Positions 59,166 to 64,000 of a stretch of DNA of 64,000 bases are shown here, piece after piece. Position 1 is the first letter of the stretch, and each line of letters begins with the position of its first letter. The DNA comes from an uncultured archaeon (GTDB taxonomy: Archaea > Iainarchaeota > Iainarchaeia > Iainarchaeales > JAAZKV01). Under the pieces are notes generated by a model. The model was given only the letters and a program-made list of their open reading frames with translations, did not search any database and had not been told where the DNA came from. The position numbers and the translations under genes are program-made. The stretch spans positions 17,779-81,778 of the forward strand of contig CAYWUL010000002.1 in NCBI GenBank assembly GCA_964461205.1. The letters are read 5' to 3'.

Positions 59166-62100
59166 TGTATTACCCCGCTAATATTTCTTCCTGCAATACT
59201 TGCTTCATCCTTTCCAACATAATCAGTGATGTTTATTATATTATAAGTTGTCGCTGCTCCGGATTCATCTTCTATACGTAATTCCATTGTTCCATCTTGG
59301 TAACTTTCCAAACTAGCTCCAACAAATCTTGCCATAATATATCCATCTTCATACCAAACAACTATTTTTGGATTGCTAGATGCTAAATAAACTCTTGGGT
59401 TTCTAACTGTAGAACCAACATAACTCAAGATGTTATCAACTCTTTTAACTATAAACTTTGTGTTTTTTATAGGAGGAATTACAAACCGGCCCAGATTAAT
59501 ATTGATTGTTCCCTCTTCTCCTCCCGGGATTAGTTCAACTCTTCTTTGAGTATATTTTAAATAAGGTCTCACGTGGAATTCTAAATAATTTGTGTCTGGG
59601 TTTCCAGTAAAATTCATTTTTATTGAACTTATTCTTCCTGCAGGTAAATTAACATAGAATAAACCAAATGTGAATTCATCATCTCCCACATGTCCTTCTC
59701 CAAAGGTACTTCCAGTCTCACAAGTTTCATTTCCATCACTTGGTTCACAACTAAATGTTGGGTCAATTTTTAGATTTGTATTTGGAGTAACTTGTACTGT
59801 ATCTCCATTAGCATATGTTACTGTTATATTTCCATTAACTTTTGCACCAAATTTCTTAGGGATTCCAATGTATTCATTGTTAATATCGATGACTCTTATT
59901 TGTATTCTGTTAATCTCCCAAAATACTTGTCCTATTCCATTATCAAATTGTTCAACATTAAAATCAAATTCTAAATTAGAATAATTTCTGTCTGGCGTGT
60001 CCACAATTGGTAAATTCATCCCACGAGCTGTTATTGCATACCCTGTCCAAGCTGTATCTTTGTTTATGTCAACGATTTGTGTTTCAAAAGTATTTCCTGT
60101 TACAATAAGTGCAGCATTAAAATCTTCAGATGCATTAGCTGGATAATCATCTTTTAAATTATAACCCAATGCAGTCATATTTGCAAATGGTATTCCGTTG
60201 TCAGTAAAATCTTCAGATTGACAAAAATTTTCTATAAAAAAGTCGATTGTGTCTTCTGCATCTCCTTCTTCAACAAAATCAAACGAATCTCTCGAAATTT
60301 CAAAGCATTGAGAATTATTCTCTAAGTGAGCAGCCATGCTATCTGCAAGAGTGAATTTCTTTCCTGGACTAGCATCACTAAATTTTCCTGCCAAATAAAT
60401 TGGGAAGAAACCTAATATATCAGTAAAATTAGGGAATTCACTTGCATTAAAAGAAATATTTCTTCCTGTTAATTTGAAATCCATTGAAGCCCCGGCAGCA
60501 ATTTCTATCCCTGTTGTAGGATTACATGCTCCTCCACCAACAGATTTTTCACAAACAATTTCAGTGTCAATCCTTACTTTTGTTGCTCTATCACAATCAT
60601 TATATACAACAATTTCTTTTTGTTCATTCCAATTCATGAAAACTTCTTCATTACCAAGTTTGTCTTCTATTTGTAAACAAGCAAGACTTGCATCTGTCGC
60701 TCCGTGCGGAGAAGCGGTAAGTGTTTCATTTATGGGCTCAAATTGTTCTTCTATGGGAGTAACAATTACTTTTAAACAATCAAGGTGTGATTTAAAAGTT
60801 CCAAGTATTGTGTTTTCAAAATAGTTTCCAATTATTTGTGTTGGATTGTTTGTTAAATTAATTAAATAATCTGTTTCGTATAATCCATCACAATTAATAT
60901 CTGTTCTCATTAAAACACTTTGAATATTTGCAATAGTATCTCCACCAGTTGCCGGAATAATTCTTCCACTAAACAATTGATCAGAAACACTTGATAAGAA
61001 TTCGGCCGAAAGATTCAATTTGATTCCCATTGTGAATGCATCAATAAATGCGATAAATGTATTTCCGTCATATTGGGCTACAACAACAATATAATTATTT
61101 GAGTGTGGAGTATTTGTTGTTGCTTGAGTTATATATGTTTTTGAAGAATATTTTTGAACAAAAACATTGCTTGCTAATACTTTTTCTTTAGAAGTATCGC
61201 CATCAAACGTAATATATCCTGAACCGGGGTTTGCTGGATTAAAAGTATTTGGATTCCCAATATATGAATAAACTTTTACATCAAGATCATTTATTGGCGA
61301 ATCAGAACTATTGTATAGTGTAACTGAAAGGGAATTGTTTGTATCAGCTTCAAATTCAGCGGTTTTTATTTCTTGGCTTTCAAAGAAATCAATTACTTGT
61401 CCTTCTAAATTAATACTCATTCTAAAACCATTTCTAAAGGGTTCTCCAATTTTGATTCTTTTTTCTTTTAATCTTGTTTCCGTACTTATATTTCCATGAG
61501 TGTCTTTTGCTCTGTAATTAAAGACAACTTCTTCATTAACATCTCCATCTACCTCAAACCTTGCAACAAAAGAATAAACTCCTTTTTTCAGAGAACTATT
61601 TGACCATTTATATCCTGATTGTATGTCCGGGGTTGAATCACAACCAGTCCCAACAGGGAAATAATATGTTTCAGTATGTAATAAATTAGTATCCTTACTT
61701 TGAGTACTACAACTGAATGCATCTGCTTTTTCTAAGTATTGATTTCTAAAATCGATATTTGTTATTTTTGCATTGCCCACTCTAATCATTGATAATAATG
61801 TTTGATAATTCAAGTCTTTTGCAAGCAAAGCATCAAAGCGAACATAATAACTATTTCCGTCATTCAAAATAAAGGCGGTTGATACGTCACTCCAATAATT
61901 GTCTCCTGGTGCATAAATTTCTCTAAACATCACCATTACATTTCCATCAGTAGTGCAACCATCATCAATTCCATTACAATCATTGGCTGGGATTTTGTAC
62001 AATTTTTTTGTAACAGAATTAATTCCTGTTTGTAAAGGAGTTTCTTTTCCATTCAATTCTATTATGTCTGGTAAATATCCTGGTGCGTTAATACTTATCA

Positions 62101-64000
62101 ATAACTTTGATTCTTTTTCATACGAATTACTCAAGAACTTGCCACTTGCATAAGAAATTTTTTCAGCAAAAACTAAGTCCTCAAAACTATCATCATTTGA
62201 ATAATATACATTTACATCGGCTTGTGCAATACTATTAATTGTTTGATTTGTTATAATGTCTTTTAATAACAATTCAATTTGACTAACTTCTAAATTAAGT
62301 TTTATTTTAAAGTTAATTGTTTGTCCAACATCCAGACCTTTTTTTGGAGTAACTCCTGAAAAAACTCCTCCTTTTGCAGCCGAAGCAGAATAATAATTTC
62401 CTGGCCCGGCAGGGAGGTCTATAATTTGGGTCTTTCCTTGGTTATTAGTTAGTTTTCCTCCTTTTGGAACAGGAATTTTTCCAATTTCTTTTCCAGCATC
62501 GCTAATTGAGAAATAAATATATGTTGTTGCATTTTCTAAAGGTCTATTGTTGTCGCCAGCAACAACTTCTATTCCTGCAGAACCGCTAGTTTGTGGTAAT
62601 GACTTATCTACAGTAATTGTTTCTGGCCCACCTGTTGACGTGAAAAAAGTTGGTTTAAATATTTTGTATACATATCCGACTGCTTTTGCAATAACAAGTA
62701 AATTTCCATCTTCTCTTGCTGAAAGACCAGTCAATTTGTAAAACCCATTTTCATCAGAGTGTGTTGGTGCTGATCCCTCAAACAAAGGAGTCCCATTACT
62801 CCCAATCCCACTTTGTGAATTTCCATCTTTAACCAACCAAAGCAAGGCAACTTCAGCATTTCCCAAAACGTTTGTGTCTTGTGCGCCCATTAATTTAAAA
62901 TAAATTCTTCGTTGTTCATTAACTGGAATTTCTTCCAACTCAATTTCTAAATAACTCTGTTGATCAACAACAATGTCAACAGAATAATTATTATCTGGAG
63001 TAATTGCATAATAGTTGTCATCCATTATTGTAATAACATAATGGCCAGCACTCAATTCTTTTGTAGCGTTTCCTCCAGTAACTGAAACTGCTGAATCAGT
63101 GGTTCCGTCATTAGCAACAAATGTTACTGTTATTCCACTCAAAGAAGTTTGTTTGTTAGTTCCTTTTTTGAACAATCTTATTTTTGCTGTTCCTGTTGTT
63201 GGTGTTTCTTTTTCTGTTAATTCGACTGAATAAATATTTTCTGGGTTAACAATTTTTTCTGAAATGTTTTTAGCATCATAATCTGGAGACCATGCTTTTG
63301 TAACAACAAAATCACAATTAGTTTCGGTAAGAGTAAAAATTCCATCCAAAGAACCGTCAGTATTGTCTCTCACTGCGCGCTCTCCTTCTGTTAGAGTTTT
63401 GTTATCACATTTGAATTTTACATATGCTCTGTTTGAAGAATCAATAATAACTGCTTTGCTTTCTGAATTTTTTAAATTTACTCTTGCAGAGTTTGCAAAA
63501 GATGGTGGGGGTTCTGCTTCTGGTTCTAAATATAATTCTATTTCTGTAGAGTTATCGATTTGTTGATTTCGTAATTGTTGGTAACCATTTTTAGAAGCAT
63601 TTACAAAACCACTAAACTCATCTTCTCCACCAAACATTGATTGAAACAACATTCCATAAAAATTCTTTGCGGGCCCATTAATGGGAACAATGAGCATTCC
63701 TCCTGCATCAGTTCTATCCTCAAAAGGCTGGTCATTTATTACTCCACTTAATTGTACTCCAGCTAAGGAATCATTTGTTACAGAATCATAAGTATTAAAC
63801 ACAACATCATAGGGAGACGAATATTGGATTAAGTAACCAACAAGTATTACAAGGAACAAAATTACTAATAAAAAAACAATAAAACTTGGTATAACTTTGT
63901 CAATAGGATCGACTACTTTGTATACTGGAATTTTTGGATTTATCTTGTCTAATAGGGCATACCATTTGTCTTCAAAAAAGAAATAAGCTCCCCTTAATTT
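59162..64000 (-). CDS. Giant (>1600 aa) membrane-anchored surface protein with carboxypeptidase-regulatory/Ig-like repeats, 5'-partial
   Basis: The frame stays open to the window edge (KLRGAYFFFEDKWYALLDKINPKIPVYKVVDPIDKVIPSF then a TM segment); repeated TD..G / A.K.GY beta motifs. Confidence 0.8.
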   Translation of the reverse strand, partial: KLRGAYFFFEDKWYALLDKINPKIPVYKVVDPIDKVIPSFIVFLLVILFLVILVGYLIQYSSPYDVVFNTYDSVTNDSLAGVQLSGVINDQPFEDRTDAGGMLIVPINGPAKNFYGMLFQSMFGGEDEFSGFVNASKNGYQQLRNQQIDNSTEIELYLEPEAEPPPSFANSARVNLKNSESKAVIIDSSNRAYVKFKCDNKTLTEGERAVRDNTDGSLDGIFTLTETNCDFVVTKAWSPDYDAKNISEKIVNPENIYSVELTEKETPTTGTAKIRLFKKGTNKQTSLSGITVTFVANDGTTDSAVSVTGGNATKELSAGHYVITIMDDNYYAITPDNNYSVDIVVDQQSYLEIELEEIPVNEQRRIYFKLMGAQDTNVLGNAEVALLWLVKDGNSQSGIGSNGTPLFEGSAPTHSDENGFYKLTGLSAREDGNLLVIAKAVGYVYKIFKPTFFTSTGGPETITVDKSLPQTSGSAGIEVVAGDNNRPLENATTYIYFSISDAGKEIGKIPVPKGGKLTNNQGKTQIIDLPAGPGNYYSASAAKGGVFSGVTPKKGLDVGQTINFKIKLNLEVSQIELLLKDIITNQTINSIAQADVNVYYSNDDSFEDLVFAEKISYASGKFLSNSYEKESKLLISINAPGYLPDIIELNGKETPLQTGINSVTKKLYKIPANDCNGIDDGCTTDGNVMVMFREIYAPGDNYWSDVSTAFILNDGNSYYVRFDALLAKDLNYQTLLSMIRVGNAKITNIDFRNQYLEKADAFSCSTQSKDTNLLHTETYYFPVGTGCDSTPDIQSGYKWSNSSLKKGVYSFVARFEVDGDVNEEVVFNYRAKDTHGNISTETRLKEKRIKIGEPFRNGFRMSINLEGQVIDFFESQEIKTAEFEADTNNSLSVTLYNSSDSPINDLDVKVYSYIGNPNTFNPANPGSGYITFDGDTSKEKVLASNVFVQKYSSKTYITQATTNTPHSNNYIVVVAQYDGNTFIAFIDAFTMGIKLNLSAEFLSSVSDQLFSGRIIPATGGDTIANIQSVLMRTDINCDGLYETDYLINLTNNPTQIIGNYFENTILGTFKSHLDCLKVIVTPIEEQFEPINETLTASPHGATDASLACLQIEDKLGNEEVFMNWNEQKEIVVYNDCDRATKVRIDTEIVCEKSVGGGACNPTTGIEIAAGASMDFKLTGRNISFNASEFPNFTDILGFFPIYLAGKFSDASPGKKFTLADSMAAHLENNSQCFEISRDSFDFVEEGDAEDTIDFFIENFCQSEDFTDNGIPFANMTALGYNLKDDYPANASEDFNAALIVTGNTFETQIVDINKDTAWTGYAITARGMNLPIVDTPDRNYSNLEFDFNVEQFDNGIGQVFWEINRIQIRVIDINNEYIGIPKKFGAKVNGNITVTYANGDTVQVTPNTNLKIDPTFSCEPSDGNETCETGSTFGEGHVGDDEFTFGLFYVNLPAGRISSIKMNFTGNPDTNYLEFHVRPYLKYTQRRVELIPGGEEGTININLGRFVIPPIKNTKFIVKRVDNILSYVGSTVRNPRVYLASSNPKIVVWYEDGYIMARFVGASLESYQDGTMELRIEDESGAATTYNIINITDYVGKDEASIAGRNISGVIQ

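Overview
This is an AT-rich, gene-dense archaeal window. PolD DP1/DP2, Cdc6, eS1, uS15, CarS, SepF and GGTGA-type Shine-Dalgarno sites establish it as archaeal. The large Ig-like surface proteins and the general gene style suggest a DPANN lineage such as Iainarchaeota/Diapherotrites (inference). About 5-26 kb is a co-oriented carbon-to-isoprenoid cluster: GGPP synthase, IDI-2, an NfnB/SudA-like oxidoreductase, class II HMGR, HMGS, thiolase, DUF35, MVK, UbiX, UbiD, both AcnX subunits, IPK and the four POR subunits, with a LAGLIDADG intein in porB. It is followed by purF, dtdA, an ADP-forming acetate-CoA ligase, dus, a wHTH regulator divergent from grpE-dnaK-dnaJ, bud32, ribosomal proteins, carS, an archaeosortase, secDF, polD, cdc6, sepF and giant surface proteins. 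Three things are not explained by these annotations. (1) About a dozen unrelated orphan genes with Arg/Lys-rich, acid-poor N-termini are slotted between conserved operon genes. (2) Short GC-rich hairpin islets sit at gene ends, flanked by duplicated gene termini that keep the peptide; at the thiolase start almost every wobble base differs. (3) There are candidate operator motifs for the mevalonate and heat-shock genes. No rRNA, tRNA, CRISPR array or transposase was recognised. All calls come from reading motifs by eye; no searches were run.
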